From Tubiluchus corallicola (taxonomy: Eukaryota > Animalia > Priapulida), in NCBI GenBank assembly GCA_030141605.1, contig JAQGDQ010000489.1, positions 103,301-167,300 on the forward strand: a DNA stretch of 64,000 bases. Direction: 5' to 3'. Shown here piece after piece: positions 1 to 13,597 of the stretch; positions within the stretch are counted from its first letter, which is position 1, and each line of letters opens with the position of its first letter. The position numbers and the translations under genes are program-made. Below the pieces are notes generated by a model. That model saw nothing but the letters and a program-made list of their open reading frames with translations, was not told the DNA's origin and did no database searches.

Positions 1-99
1 AAACCATGTTAAGGAACGATGGAACAAATCGAGAAAGTCTTATTGAAATATTTATCACGAAATTAGGTCAAATTACGTTTACTGGATGATGATTTACGC

Positions 100-345
100 C
101 TGCCCGTGGGTTTATCAACGGCCATACTGATACAAGTTATGGTTGCTATAGTTACCAATGCGTGAATTTCACTGCGACCGTTCGGCTTAGTTTCACTGTG
201 ATGGATTTCTTTATCAAAAATAATTCCGCTATCTTTGCTATTATTTGCGTTTTCTTACCTCCTGATGATCCGTGTTCACCTAATCGAAAATCATACATGT
301 CAAATCAGGAACTTAAACTGTTATGAATTTGGGATTAGGGGTATG
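100..345 (+). promoter_or_regulatory. Probable Rab30 promoter / non-coding first exon region with an RFX X-box-like motif
   Basis: GTTGCTATAGTTAC at 142-155 resembles the palindromic X-box; CCAAT at 155-159; candidate donor GG|GTATGA at ~341. Inference only. Confidence 0.3.
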
Positions 346-1152
346 AGTACCATTATCTTTTCATATCTATGGTTTTATTTCAGCTTTAAACCTTTTCCGC
401 TCTTCGTTTGCTTTGCTTAAAGTTTTATGCCAGCCAGGTGCAGTTTTCTGCATCACCAAAATTGTGAACTGAAATTAGTACGCGTCGCAATTTACAAATG
501 GACACGAGTTGTGGTTGACGTGTTATGTGTCGTATGGTAACTTCGTACGTGTATCTAGTTATCGTGGAATGACGCATACACAAAGCTTATGGTTGGTTAA
601 TCTTGGTCAGTATTTATTAGAGTTGTCCTTTTGCATTAGATTAGTAGTTCTATGACTGAGTATCGACACCATGGTACTCATGATTATTTGATCGGCGATT
701 TTGTTTGATTGTCTGATGAGATAAAACTGAACCCGTCTGTTGTTTTTGTAAATTTTGAAGTATAATCTTGAGGTACGTTTCATATTATTTTATTTTGCAT
801 ATTGATTATTTTTTCCAGCTCTCGTCATTAGCCAGTTAGCTTTTATTTAAGTATTTTTACAGGGTTGACGTGCTCCATTTTTTAGTGCAGTTTGTTGGGT
901 AGTACTAGTACTAGTAGTCGTATATCTACCTCGAGTAGTTCAGTGAACTACAGGAGTTCATAGTAGAACAAACAATAAGTACAAAAGCCTCAGTGGTGTG
1001 CAAGTCAGACAAAAACAGTTAACTATCTGTAAACAAAATATTCTGGCAAATAACTAGATAGAAGTGAAACAGAAGCTTTTGGATGAAATTTAAGGGGATG
1101 ATCACTATAATGTTCGTCTAGTCATACCTTGAACTGATTCAAAGATCTTGCA

Positions 1153-1293
1153 AGTCTCACATTACATGGCAAAGTATTCCAAACCTCAGTCTCACATTAC
1201 ATGGCAAAGTATTCCAAACCTCAGTCTCACATTACATGACAAAGTATTCCAAACCTCAGTCTCACATTACATGGCAAAGTATTCCAAACCTCA
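1153..1293. repeat. 35-bp tandem repeat, 4 copies
   Basis: Unit AGTCTCACATTACATGGCAAAGTATTCCAAACCTC, repeated with one substitution. Confidence 0.93.
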
Positions 1294-1962
1294 GGTATTT
1301 TATATGCGTAGAAGTTTGCACATCCAGTTTCATGACGTGTTCTTAGTTTATAAAGAATAGGTCCTTCTCGCACAGATCAAGCGTGAACTAGTTGTAGAGA
1401 ACAAGCGTTCATATTTGAAGCAGTAAAAATTCCATGTACATACTTGTACGTAACTATCAATTAGCCTCTTAACTGACGATATCTTAGAATAGTATGCCAC
1501 ACTTTTTAAGCTGCCTAGGATAACTTCTCTAGACAAGGTAGAGTACTTAATGCCCTATGATCCGATGGGTCAATTAATGTGCGAAATGTAAAAGTTTAGT
1601 GTTTTGTGAGTGATTTGATAATGAATCTAAATTAGAGATCGTTCAAATAGGACCGTTCCCCAGGCTGAAGTACTTTAATTTTTGTTTTAGTATAGCTGTA
1701 ATTGTACGTGTATGTATACTGAGTACAGTATATTTTGAACTAGGCCGTTGATTCATTGTTTATCGTTTTCATTATTCTAAATGTATGTAAAGATACATTG
1801 TGCAATATTACTGCTAGATTGCTAGTTAAAATTGCTAATTTTAACAAAAAATGAATGTATAATCAAATGTTTTAAATTCATCTCACTCAGTTTGTATTTT
1901 TCAATTACTAATAGCAGAATTTGCTTTTGTTTTTACTTCAGGTTAATATTAGTTTTCACCGG

Positions 1963-3231
1963 ATGGACGACTACCGCTATTTATTCAAAGTAGTGCTGAT
2001 TGGTAATACTGGAGTTGGTAAAACGTGTCTTGTTCGACGGTTTACTCAGGTACTTTGTTAGTCAATACGTTGTTCTATAGGTTTTACATGTCAAATGTAG
2101 ACCTGCGTTAACTCAAATGTAGATTTAGGTAATTCAAATGTGTCTTGGTAACTCAAATGTAGACTTTGGTAATTCAAATGTGTCTTGGTAACTCAAATGC
2201 AGACTTAGGTAGTTCAAATGTGTCTTGGTAACTCAAATGTAGACTTAGGTAGTTCAAATGTGTCTTGGTAACTCAAATGTAGATTTAGGTAGTTCAAATG
2301 TGTCTTGGTAACTCAAATGTAGACTTGGGTAATTCAGATGTGTCTTGGTAACTCAAATGTAGACTTAGGTAGTTCAAACGTGGTAACAATGGTTTTCAAG
2401 AAATCTTAAGCGTTTTTGGTAAGTCAAATGTAGACACATGTCAAATCAAATGTGTCTTGGTAACTCAAATGTAGACTTGGGTAATTCAAATGTGTCTTGG
2501 TAACTCAAATGTAGACTTTGGTAGTTCAAATGTGTTAACAATGGTTTTCAAGAATTCTTAAGCGTTTTTGGTAAGTCAAATGTAGACACATGTCAAGTCA
2601 AATGTGACATTGGTATCTCAAATGTGAATAGGTGTCAAAATAATGAATAGGTGTCAAAATAATAACTTTATAGGTCTACTAATAGTTCACTAATATTCTG
2701 TAAACTTTACATACCATTGGAACTGTTAGAGAAAACAATACATTCTTAAAATAAACAATGTTTCTTGAGAGAAACTAATTCATTAATGCAGTGCTAATGC
2801 ATTACTTAAAAAACTAATTAGTGATTCACTGTTCATTGGGAAGTGATGCTGCCGATAGCACCATGACCATAAAATATAATTTTAATTTCGTTTTATCTTT
2901 TCGTAATTTGCACTTAAATGAGTTAATTACAGATTTATTCAAAGTACCGCATCTACATTTGACTTACCTAAGTCACATTTGAGTTACCAAAACAAATTCG
3001 AAATTCCTAAGTCTACATTTGACTTACCTAAGTCACATTTGAGTTACCAAAACACATCCGAAATTCTTATGTCTACATTTGACTTACCTAAGTCACATTT
3101 GAACTTTCCTGTGTCTACATTTGACGTGTAAAACCTATAGATCCGCATGTTTATATTGCATGTATACGAATATACATCGAAAGTTTATTCCTCTGGAATT
3201 TGCATGTCATAAACAAATGGGAGTTGCATAA

Positions 3232-3267
<36 letters not shown>

Positions 3268-6200
3268 GCGTGTGGGTGGGTGTGGGTGTGGGAGTGTGAG
3301 TGTCGCGCGCGCGCGCGAGTGGAGAAAGCTGTTATTAGTTAATGCCCATAGTTTACTAATCTCTAAGTGTTTTGTGGAGGTATGGCTGGACTTTCAAAAA
3401 CCTTCTTGACCCACTTGGGAACTGAAAGAGCTCTAGCTTCAGACATCAAGAAAATTTAATTTGGGCTAGTTGGCTAGTAGCTTTCCATATTTAGTGGTCA
3501 GTGAAGGAACAAATAGAAGCTGTCACCAAATGCCAATTGTAAGTTAAAAAGGTTTTGGTTTTCACTACGGGATTATCTAGTTACCATGGCAGATTCCTTG
3601 CATATAAATTTTGCAACACATTATACTGCTACAGCAAAAATAAATTTTTGTCCAAGGTGATCCATTGCCTGTAATTGAGAGTCAAAGTGTGTAAATGTGA
3701 AAGACATCCGTGCATATTGAAGTAGGATTTCATTTGAGCTTTTGTCTGGTGAACAGTTAATGTGCGTGTCATTGTAAACTTGTTTGTTTTGAATTGTAAA
3801 AATAATTGAGCATCTGAAAATTTTAGAAAACAACAAAAAACACAGTTGGGGAAAAGTAGCACATGGTAGCTTACTGAAATGGAACAGTAGGGTCAATTCA
3901 GTAATACAACTTATTCAGTCAGTAATGCCTTTTTTAAAGTTTAAAAGGGACGATATAGTGTCCCACTTTGCAGTATACTGAAACTAGTGTTTCCCGAAAT
4001 GCGAAACGAGTTCCGGGTAAAGTGAAACGTTTTGCGGACGGCAAGACTTGCCACTTAATCGTAACAGTTTGCCAATGTAACGTCCTATTTTTAGGTAAAA
4101 ATGATTTTTGATAAATATTAATAATAATTGGGCCTTTAAATTTCTGTCACTGTTGCAATTTTTTTTGAAAAATCAACACAAAAAGTTCTTTGTCTTTTAA
4201 CTTAAGGTACACGCCTTGACTGTATTAAATAAATATCTCGATATGGCAAAACACCTGCCTGATCAGCACGTTTTCCTGGCCAAATAACGTAAATAGGTTA
4301 TGTGTCGGTCATAACATCCTATATTTAGGGGTACCTTGCTTTCGAATTCTGTATCCCAGTTTGCATTTAGTGCAGAAATGACTTGTCCAAAAAAACATTT
4401 GTTTTACCATTTTTAAATTTTACCCATGCCATCAGTAGTTGGAGGACGGTGTAGCATAGATAGGTCAAGGTCGTACAAGGTCACATTATCAAAAAATGCA
4501 TATAGACAAGGTCACATTATCAAAAAATGCATATAGACAAGGTCACATTATCAGAAAATGCATATACATAAAGCCATACTGGTAAAGCTGTACTCGCTAG
4601 ACTTGACACTTGGACAGGTGTGACCTAGACATGGAAACCCAATGCTCTTGGGTTCAAAGGTCGAAGTCATAAGATTAAAGGATGCCAAAACTTGTTTCTC
4701 ATCGAGACATCGTGTCAAGGCATGTCTCTGCATTTCTACTGAATGCCGTCATTCTAGTTTTTGCTTTGGATAAGCACTATAGATATGAGCTCTAAAATCT
4801 AGGCTGTTGTTTAGTCTGGACAGTTATGTTATTTAATAATGTAACTCTTTATACTTGATACTTGACATTTGATATTTATCTCTTCCTGTGGTCCCCCGAA
4901 TTTATTTAAAATTCCTGTTGTGAAATTGTCAATGCTTTCACTATGAAACTGCATAGCAGAATGTCTTCATATATCTGCATGTAAATCCTTCTTCGTTTGA
5001 TTGATGAGGGCAGCTTCTAATGAACGTTTCCTGCAGCTGCTTCTTTGCCAGTTTACGTGACGTTTTCCTGTTTCAGTCTAGAGGAAGTTCTTTGCGTGTA
5101 TTTTATGGGAAGTCAATATGCCTGTAAACTGTAGCAGCTTTCTCTGCGTTCGGATCAATGACCTCTGTGGAAAACTCTGTTTTCTGTTTTCGTCGGTGGT
5201 TTCTGAGAAGTAGGCACCCGTTAGTTTTCTCTTTTTGTGCACATTCTCTTAGTCTTTTGGGATCTCCGCATTGCAAAGTGAAAATAACTGTCCGTAGCTA
5301 CGTGCTTGGTTTGGCTCCCATTCAAATCTATTAAAAGTACATAAAATATCATCAGCATCTAAATATTGCTTTGCAAATATCTATGACTGAAAATAGTGCC
5401 TTGTTCAGAGCTTTGGATTTACTGGGTTTATTTTGAGAACATTCTATAATCCTGCTCAAAAGTTCAAACATTGAGAAATGATGTATTTTGTAAAGCAGTT
5501 TTAACTAACTGGATGATTTCACGATGTAATTATTTCTGATGTCGTGAAAAGCGTGGTATAAGCGGAGAAATTACATTACTAAATCAATTTTCAGCTAAAT
5601 ATCTCTAACATGGAGGTTCAGGTACAAAATTAAGTTTCAGTCACGACTTTTCAACATGGAAAAATGCCAAAGTGCAAGGAAACAAAGTCAGTAGTTGAGA
5701 AATTTATAGTCAAAGAAAATCTAAATGCAGTGGAATGCAGGAAAAAAGTATAGTATAGAAAAGTATAGTATAGTATATTCAATTTTGCCGTTTACCTGTA
5801 TGTGGAGGATGGCGCTCAGGAAGAATCAGGTGCTGGAGAGAAATCGGCTCAACAGACTCCGAACCTAGCCATCTGTCACTAATTGCACGAATGTAGCACT
5901 GAGATGGCAGCGGTTCAAAAATTGGAATAGTAAAAACTTCCATCTAGCAAAGATCACAAATAATAACTCAACCAGGAAAAAAAATGTCGACTTTGTGAAA
6001 TGGCAGTAACTGCGGCATTTTGTTAATTTGCTTCTTTTCATGTTTTTCTTTCAATTAGTGAGGACTAATTTTGTGTTTTTAATTTTTAGGGCTTGTTTCC
6101 TCCTGGTCAGGGTGCTACCATTGGTGTGGATTTCATGATAAAGACGGTAGAAATAGACGGAGACAAAGTGAAGGTGATACTGCAGTCGGAACTAAATTAA

Positions 6201-8268
6201 ATTCAACTAAACTTAACCCTTTCAGTCCCAAATTATTTTTTTAATAAGAAATTTTTTTTTGATGTGGTACTTTTGTTCAGTATGTCCATCTTGTTTACAC
6301 ATAATAATTATTTTTTTCTACCTGTGCCCGCATGCTAAATATAGCCTGTATCCCACGGGATACATTGGGATTCAATGGAAGCGTAAAATGTGCTTCATTT
6401 TGCAACTGCTGATAATTTTTTAAAGTATTTAAGACATTTAGTATGCACGCTATGCTGATCTGTACAAAGTCATCTCTAAAGTACTGTACCTTGCACAGTT
6501 TTTTATGCTACGTAGATTTTCTAGTTTGCCATTTTATCGCCATTTTAGTCTATTGTTATTGGCTTGAATCATAATTATTATTAACAGATCAAATTACTGT
6601 CATTTTTAAAATTTTAAAATAAGATTTAATTTTCTTCTTAGCTGCAAATCTGGGACACGGCGGGTCAGGAGCGATTTCGGTCCATTACGCAGTCCTATTA
6701 TCGCAGTGCTAATGCTTTGATTCTAGTTTATGATATCAGCTGCCAGCCATCGTTCGACTGTCTGTCTGACTGGATGAAAGAGATTGAACAGTATGCAACA
6801 CATCCAGTACTAACTGCTCTTGTAGGTAAGTAGTGCTGTAATATATTCTGAGATGTCTGGGTGAGGTAAATCAGAATGCAACTAAGCATGCGCTAAAATC
6901 TTAGATGTGTCGGTATGCTTAAATCAGAATTCCAACACTAAATATGAAACTAAACAGTGTGGGAGGAACAAACACATGAAATCAGGCCGTCACTTTGTTT
7001 ACATCACATACATCAGTGTAACCACGTGTAGATCTCTTATGTATAAAAATATAGAATCAATTGTGCGGAGTTATTTGAGTCAATTGCAGACAGTTTTTAT
7101 ATACTTTTGCATAGGAGCGGCCAGTACTTAGACGTTTTTGAGACAATTAGGTGTCATGTATCCTTGATAGTTGGGTATTTTAAATTGGTATTATGTACGA
7201 AACAAGGTAATCGATATTTTAACTCCACTTAGAGGTTCTCTATGCTCTCAAAATTGCATCAAAACCCCCGGCCTGTTTCAGAGTTTTTTGCAATTTGTCA
7301 TTCTCATTCCTGTAGTATTGTTGTATTGTATTGGATTGTTGTATTGCACTTTGTCGTATTTATTCATTTAACTCAAATGCACAGAAAATCACGTGTACAA
7401 TTTTTTATAGAATAAATAGTTGCAATGAAAATAATAAAAAAAATGTCACGAGGAAAAGGATATTTAGACTGTGAGCTAAACTGCAGTAATTCGATGAATT
7501 AAAACTTGCATTAAACTGCGCAAGTCTCATGCAAGTAGTTGCAGTTTCATTTACAGTCTAGCCTCGTTATCTCGCCCCTCGTTATGCCGCCAAACTCGTC
7601 TCTCGCCATAGAAAGTACCAGCACGGATTTCCTGCTTTGATATTTACCTCGTTAAGTCGCCACCCTCGCTTCTCGCCCTCGCCACGTCATGCTAGGATGA
7701 GTGCTTATGTAAACTATATTCGTTATGTCGCCAAACAGACAAACTCAGAGATGAATCGATCAATACATATACCGCGTGTCGATCAATATAAGTATATGTA
7801 TATACATATAGATTAACTTCGTTATATTCCCGTTATCTCGCCATACTCACCTCTCGCCAAAAATTTGCCCTAGACGGACAGTGGCGAGATAACGAGGCTA
7901 GACTGTACTTCATTTGAAAAAGCAAATTTATGTACATTATTCCTATGTTCGAATTTTTTGTACATCTTACTGGTGATCATGTAGATTCGTTCAATGCATT
8001 TTTGTTTTCTTTGCCAGGTAATAAGTCTGACAAAACTCAGGATCGAGAGGTCCCAAAGGAGATCGGGGAGGCGTTTGCCGAATCGACGAACATGTTATTT
8101 ATGGAAACATCGGCCAAAGAAGCTGATAACGTCGACCAGTTGTTTATGGAGATAGCCGTGACGCTAACTCAAGCAGCCAAAGAGAATGACGTGGGTGGGT
8201 ACCGGGGTCGCGAGGGGTTCCCGGGTCCGGGCACAGAAGTGAGCGGTTCTTGCTGCAAGTATCTGTGA
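1963..8268 (+). CDS. RAB30: Ras-related protein Rab-30, 4 coding exons (1963-2049, 6090-6173, 6642-6825, 8018-8268), 201 aa
   Basis: Spliced translation [29 protein letters not shown]|[28 protein letters not shown]|[34 protein letters not shown]...LV|GNKSD...ETSAKE...SGSCCKYL*. All G-box motifs, the Rab30-typical [12 protein letters not shown] segment and a C-terminal CC prenylation motif are present. GT-AG junctions keep frame (606 nt). An acceptor at 1940-1941 implies an upstream non-coding exon. Confidence 0.96.
2074..3141. mobile_element. Foldback-like non-autonomous element with modular inverted arms (Rab30 first coding intron)
   Basis: Termini TCTATAGGTTTTACATGTCAAATGTAGAC ... GTCTACATTTGACGTGTAAAACCTATAGA are reverse complements. 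The left arm (to ~2625) is built from ~20-bp TCAAATGT subunits; the right arm (2950-3141) has the same subunits inverted. No TSD seen. Confidence 0.7.
3237..3317. repeat. (TG)n microsatellite followed by a (CG)n run
   Basis: Direct reading. Confidence 0.9.
6217..6616 (+). mobile_element. Right-end-truncated copy of the same piggyBac-like element in Rab30 intron 2
   Basis: TTAA|CCCTTTCAGTCCC start; colinear with 35155-35549; no right TIR before the exon 3 acceptor. Confidence 0.8.
7554..7905. mobile_element. Tc1/mariner (pogo/Tigger-like) MITE
   Basis: TA|CAGTCTAGCCTCGTTATCTCGCC ... GGCGAGATAACGAGGCTAGACTG|TA: perfect 23-bp TIR, TA TSD, internal CTCGTTA/TCGCC subrepeats. Confidence 0.85.
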
Positions 8269-8620
8269 TTCAGTTGTAAAGGCCTCATTTTTGTGTACAT
8301 ACAACACGTATGTATGTAATGTATTTATGTATATCTGGTATTGTGTAATTTGTATATATGCTTATGGTGATAACAATGCTTTTGTTCAATTTTTTATTGG
8401 CCACAAGCTTGTCATTGTTTATTGTGATTATGATTGTTTCATTCACAAATTGTTATGTGCAGTAACTGCTTTATTTAGTTTAGATTTTAGAGAGGTGTAA
8501 AATGGCATTTTGAAGTGACTGAAAAAATGTTCAATACAAAGTTATGTTACTCAGAATTGTGCTTATCTGTCTGAAACACCGAAACAGAAAATTCCTGATA
8601 ATTTAAACTGTTCTTGCCAG

Positions 8621-8986
8621 CCTGTAAAACCTTCCCAGTGTGCACCATTGACTCACCAAAAACACGCCTGTAAAACCTTCCCAGTGTGCACCACTGACTC
8701 ACCAAAAGCACACCTGTAAAACCTTCCCATTGTGCACCACTAACTCACCAAAAACACACCTGTAAAACCTTCCCAGTGTGCACCACTGACTCACCAAAAA
8801 CACGCCTGTAAAACCTTCCCAGTGTGCACCACTGACTCATCAAAAACACGCCTGTAAAACCTTCCCAGTGTGCACCACTGACTCACCAAAAACACACCTG
8901 TAAAACCTTCCCAGTGTGCACCACTGACTCACCAAAAACACGCCTGTAAAACCTTCCCAGTGTGCACCACTGACTCACCAAAAGCA
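8621..8986. repeat. 46-bp minisatellite, ~8 copies, just 3' of the Rab30 stop
   Basis: Unit CCTGTAAAACCTTCCCAGTGTGCACCACTGACTCACCAAAAACACG. Confidence 0.95.
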
Positions 8987-9590
8987 TGTCATTAATTTTG
9001 CTGACGTAGTTGAGATGAAATAACTTATGCTTTTGCTCAGTTAGCTATGCGTGTGCTGCAAATGCTTCTATTATTTTTTCAAACTTTACGCAATGTTATC
9101 TAAACTTGTTTCAAATGACTTACCCCCAAAATGGGTGCGCTTAACGGTCGTCGTGGGAGTTTAAATTTACAAGTTTTGTGTGTTATAACATTATTGTATG
9201 TAAGTGATATAAAATTTCAAGACGAACTTTTGCTCTTGACTCTGTTTTGAGGTGTGGGGTGCGTTCGTTTCCTTCAAATTGTCCACTGCATTCAACATGG
9301 ATCAAGCAGAACATTTACACAATAAGTTGATGAAAACGATAGTTGATTGATTTAATACCCAAATTTATGTAGCTTACATTCTTGATTCCAAGTAAGTTGC
9401 TGTTAGGTCTTGTGTATTTTTTTTATTTAAATTTGAGCAGCTTCAAATGGCGTATATCATCTATTTGTTCCATACATAAGTTTGTTTTGTTCAAAAGTCG
9501 ATTAAAATGTCGAGTGAGTACAGAAAACTGAAATTACATGATCCTTCCAAAAAGCAAGCCATTTAATAATAGTGGTAACAGTTAAAACAC

Positions 9591-10060
9591 TATGGTAATA
9601 TGTAATACCAGCAGGTACCTTATACATATATTAAGTGTGGTAATTATGCATATGGTATTATATATATAGAGAGAGATGCATTACTATAGAGAGATATTCT
9701 GTAATGATTTGGTGTAGCATATAGCCAAGGCCATAGGCATATGGGATGAAGTCTTACAAGGGGGGGGGGGGACAAGGAATTTGCCCTGAAAGTTTTCTAA
9801 CTTGCCATAGACTATAGCATTTCCAAGTAAGTACCCCATGGTAATATGTAAAACACGTATCTTATACATATATCAAGTGTGGTAATTATATATGCATATG
9901 GTATTATATATATATATAGAGAGAGAGAGATTCTGTAATGATTTAGTGTAGCATATAGCCAAGGCCATAGGCATATGGGATGAAGTCTTACAAGGGGGGG
10001 CAGAAGGAATTTGCCCTGAAAGTTTCCTAACTTGCCATAGCTTATATCATTTCCAAATAA
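9591..10060. repeat. Direct tandem duplication, ~247-bp unit x2
   Basis: ATGGTAATATGTAA...GCATATAGCCAAGGCCATAGGCATATGGGATGAAGTCTTACAAGGGG...CTAACTTGCCATAG occurs twice. Confidence 0.85.
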
Positions 10061-11450
10061 GTGCAAACAGTCGGCTACATACACACTTATATAAGATGTA
10101 CTGGCAAAAGTGTCTAAAAACAAAACATTTAGGCCTACTCAGGGCCAGATTTAGATGAACAGGGTCACTCAACTTGTGAGGCCCATTTGCAATCACCGAC
10201 TTGCATCGCCAAGATGGAAGTGTTTTTAAACAAAATTTAAGCAGGGCGCAATGACCAGTGTTTAATGAAGTAATGCAATTACAACTCTTTGTAGTCAGAA
10301 TTCTTATTCCAAATGATACCAGCTTTGTTAAACGCTGTTGTGAACGTAAACTTGTGTAAATTTATTGTTAGAATAAATATAGTGAAAAAGTTTTTGCAAA
10401 ACTGAACTGAATATTTTCATTTTTCAGGCAGAAATTAACAGAAATTTTTAGAAAAATGAAGTTTTAAGTTTACTTTTGCATTCTTTAAAGCCCGTGAGCT
10501 TACAAATTTTATTCTTGTGCATTTTAAGCAGTTTTTTAATATTTAATCTTAAATTTAGAAATTTTACTATACATTTATTTGCCCTGAAAGTAAGTGGTTT
10601 TTTGCTGTGAAAATGTAAAATTCATTTGCCGGGAGGTCAATTGCCCCTCTTCTCATATGCCTATGGCCAAGGCCAGATTATGATCTTTCGAGGCCCATAG
10701 ACTATAATGAAATTGTGGGGCCCCCACAGATGGAGCCACCCTCTAATTTGCTCTCTCTCATCTCGACTTAATTTTACTTGTGATATATTTTTGCAACATT
10801 TGCGTAGTTGCGGGTCCAGTCAATATTTGAAACAAGGGTCCTTTGTCTCAAATAAAAGACCTCAAACAGGGGTTTTTTTTTGTCTCATATGAGGAGCCAC
10901 TTTTAAATTGGATTTTCAGGTTTCCTGGCTTCTTTTTCAAAGTTATGTGAATTATTCAGCAAAGTATGTGTCCCCCAAGCTTGAGTGGCCCTAGGCTGCA
11001 GCCTATACTTGTTTATAGGGTAATCCAGCCCTACATATAGCGTGTTTTTGACTATAACTCACGATTATTAAATCTTGTTAAAATAATTTCCCAATTGTGA
11101 GACATCTGCCTGCTTATACTTATGCTGCTTATTTCAAGGAATGGGTGTGAAATACTATTTTCTCCTAGCAAACGTCCAATTCATTTTTTATTTTTCTCAT
11201 GCATTAAAATTAGATAGCAGTGGTCAGTAGTCCTGGAAATTGGCAAAAACTGGAAGGGCGTGATCAGTTGCAAAAGGTCAGAAAAGTTAACTTAATTTGG
11301 CAAAGAAATGTAACGTTTGCAAATACGTACATGTGTCAATGTAACTGTGCAAGAGATTGGATAAAAGGTGAACAAAACGTGTTTTGACTAACCAGTTTGA
11401 CATGTGAGAAGAAATGGTTTACTTGTCAATTTTTGTCTGATTTTCTACAT

Positions 11451-12062
11451 TAATGCCACTATCATTGTTCTGCCTAATGCCACTATCATTGTTCTGCGTA
11501 ATGCCACTATCATTGTTCTGCATAATGCCACTATCATTGTTCTGCGTAATGCCACTATCATTGTTCTGCATAATGCCACTATCATTGTTCTGCGCAATGC
11601 CACTATGATTGTTCTGCGTAATGCCACTATGATTGTTCTGCCACTATCATTGTTCTGCACAATGCCACTATCATTCTTCTGCGTAATGCCACTATCATTG
11701 TTCTGCGCAATGCCACTATCATTGTTTTGCGCAATGCCACTATGATTGTTCTGCCACTATCATTGTTCTGCACAATGCCACTATCATTCTTCTGCGTAAT
11801 GCCACTATCATTCTTCTGCGTAATGCCACTATCATTGTTCTGCACAATGCCACTATCATTGTTCTGCATAATGCCACTATCATTGTTCTGCGCAATGCCG
11901 CTATCATTGTTCTGCGTAATGCCACTATCATTGTTTTGCGCAATGCCACTATCATTGTTCTGCGTAATGCCACTATCATTGTTCTGCGTAATGCCACTAT
12001 CATTGTTCTGCATAAAGCCACTATGATTGTTCTGCGCAATGCCACTATCATTGTTCTGTAAT
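11451..12062. repeat. 24-bp minisatellite (~25 copies)
   Basis: Unit AATGCCACTATCATTGTTCTGCGT with variants; it explains the repetitive ORFs at 11404-12195. Confidence 0.95.
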
Positions 12063-13031
12063 GTGTAACCTGCCATTTCCTCATACCTGGATCACTTGCC
12101 AGACTATTAGAATACATGCAGTAGAGGTTTTGGATGCAAACAGTGTAATCATTGGGTATTCTTTTAGTAGATAAGTTGGTGGAGTTGTGCATCATTTTCG
12201 ATCAAAAAACACATTATGGAGATAAAGTAATTTATACTTTTGTTTAGTTAGTGAAGTGTGTACCACGAATGCTCTGATGATTTTTTCAAACTTTATGGAG
12301 TGTTACTTAAACTTGTTTAAAACCACTTAGCATTGAAACGGCTGCGCCTAACAATCATCGCAGGAGTTTAAATTTACGAGTTTTATTCAGGCTTTACTGC
12401 TCACGCAAACTCTACATGTAATAAGTCAATGTGTAAGTGATATACAATTTAAAAACTAATGTTTTAAGCTTTTTTATGAAATGTTTTCTTATGCGTTTAA
12501 CTTAACAGTGAGTCATTTTACAAACCAGCTGTCATGTGTATCTGGTTGCTTGGGTGTAGTACGAATCTTAAGTAACTGTTTTGCAAATTAAGCAAGTTCG
12601 TGATTTGCTAGAAATATTTATTTGTAAGTTTATAAAAATTTGCAATTTGGCAGAGACGTTCATTTGTAAAATTACAAGACTACGTAATTTATTGGGCATT
12701 TTTATGTAATTAATTTTAGCACATTTATAAAATTCGTAATGCTTCTTAAGCCCTCCTTGAATGCCTGCTTTTAACTCATATTGGTGCTGTTTTTATTATT
12801 TGCTCACAATGACACTGTTCTATTATTTGCACTTAAGACTGATTTCTCATGAAACTTACATTGATTAATGAAATTTAAAACGTGTGCTCGCATAAGCGTA
12901 TGACAGGACAATTCTAATCTCATTTTTTGTGAAGGCATAACATTGTGAATTAAGAATATGGACCAGCCAATTCTGTACTTTGCAATAATGTAGGCGAAAG
13001 TTGCGCGTTACTTTAAGTTTTTGCTTTAAAG

Positions 13032-13498
13032 CAGGGGTGTGCAAATTATTTGACTAGCCGGGCCACATTAAACTTTCCCACAATTCCTGCGGGCCACATG
13101 CAGTTTGGTCAAGGAACCAGAAAGGCCTAATAACGATTTTTTTGCATCCGAGCTGCGTACGTCATTACTACTACACTCAAGAAACTATTTTAGAAGTTAT
13201 TAAAATTTATATCACAAACCATATATTTCTACTTTCAGGACAGATAGTGGTAATTTCATTACAATGCATATTAGTAATGTGTATCACACAGTCTGTGTAG
13301 TACAGTGACATTAAGCTACAACCATCTTGTAAGGGTTAATGCCATCCGATCTAGTAGAAAAAACTACCCGCACTATTTTTGGGATCGTGGCACGGGCTTC
13401 AGCTGGATGCACTCAATTAATCGCCCGGGCCGCACTTTCATTAGGTTGACAAATCTCTTGGCGCACAAATTCTCTTGGCCGCAATTTGCACACCCCTG
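13032..13498 (+). mobile_element. hAT MITE family A, copy 1
   Basis: TIR CAGGGGTGTGCAAATT / AATTTGCACACCCCTG; perfect 8-bp TSD CTTTAAAG; other copies at 21232, 45555 and 48307. Confidence 0.9.
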
Positions 13499-13597
13499 CT
13501 TTAAAGTAATATGTTTTTGATACTGAAGGTAGGCGTACCGACATGTGTGATTGACTATGCGTGCTGTCATTTGAAGTCCCCAACAAAATTACTTTAA

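Noticed and set aside
11404-12195. Overlapping repetitive ORFs (NATIIVLR, QNNDSGI)
   Set aside because: Translation of a 24-bp minisatellite that is open in several frames; no splice or homology support.
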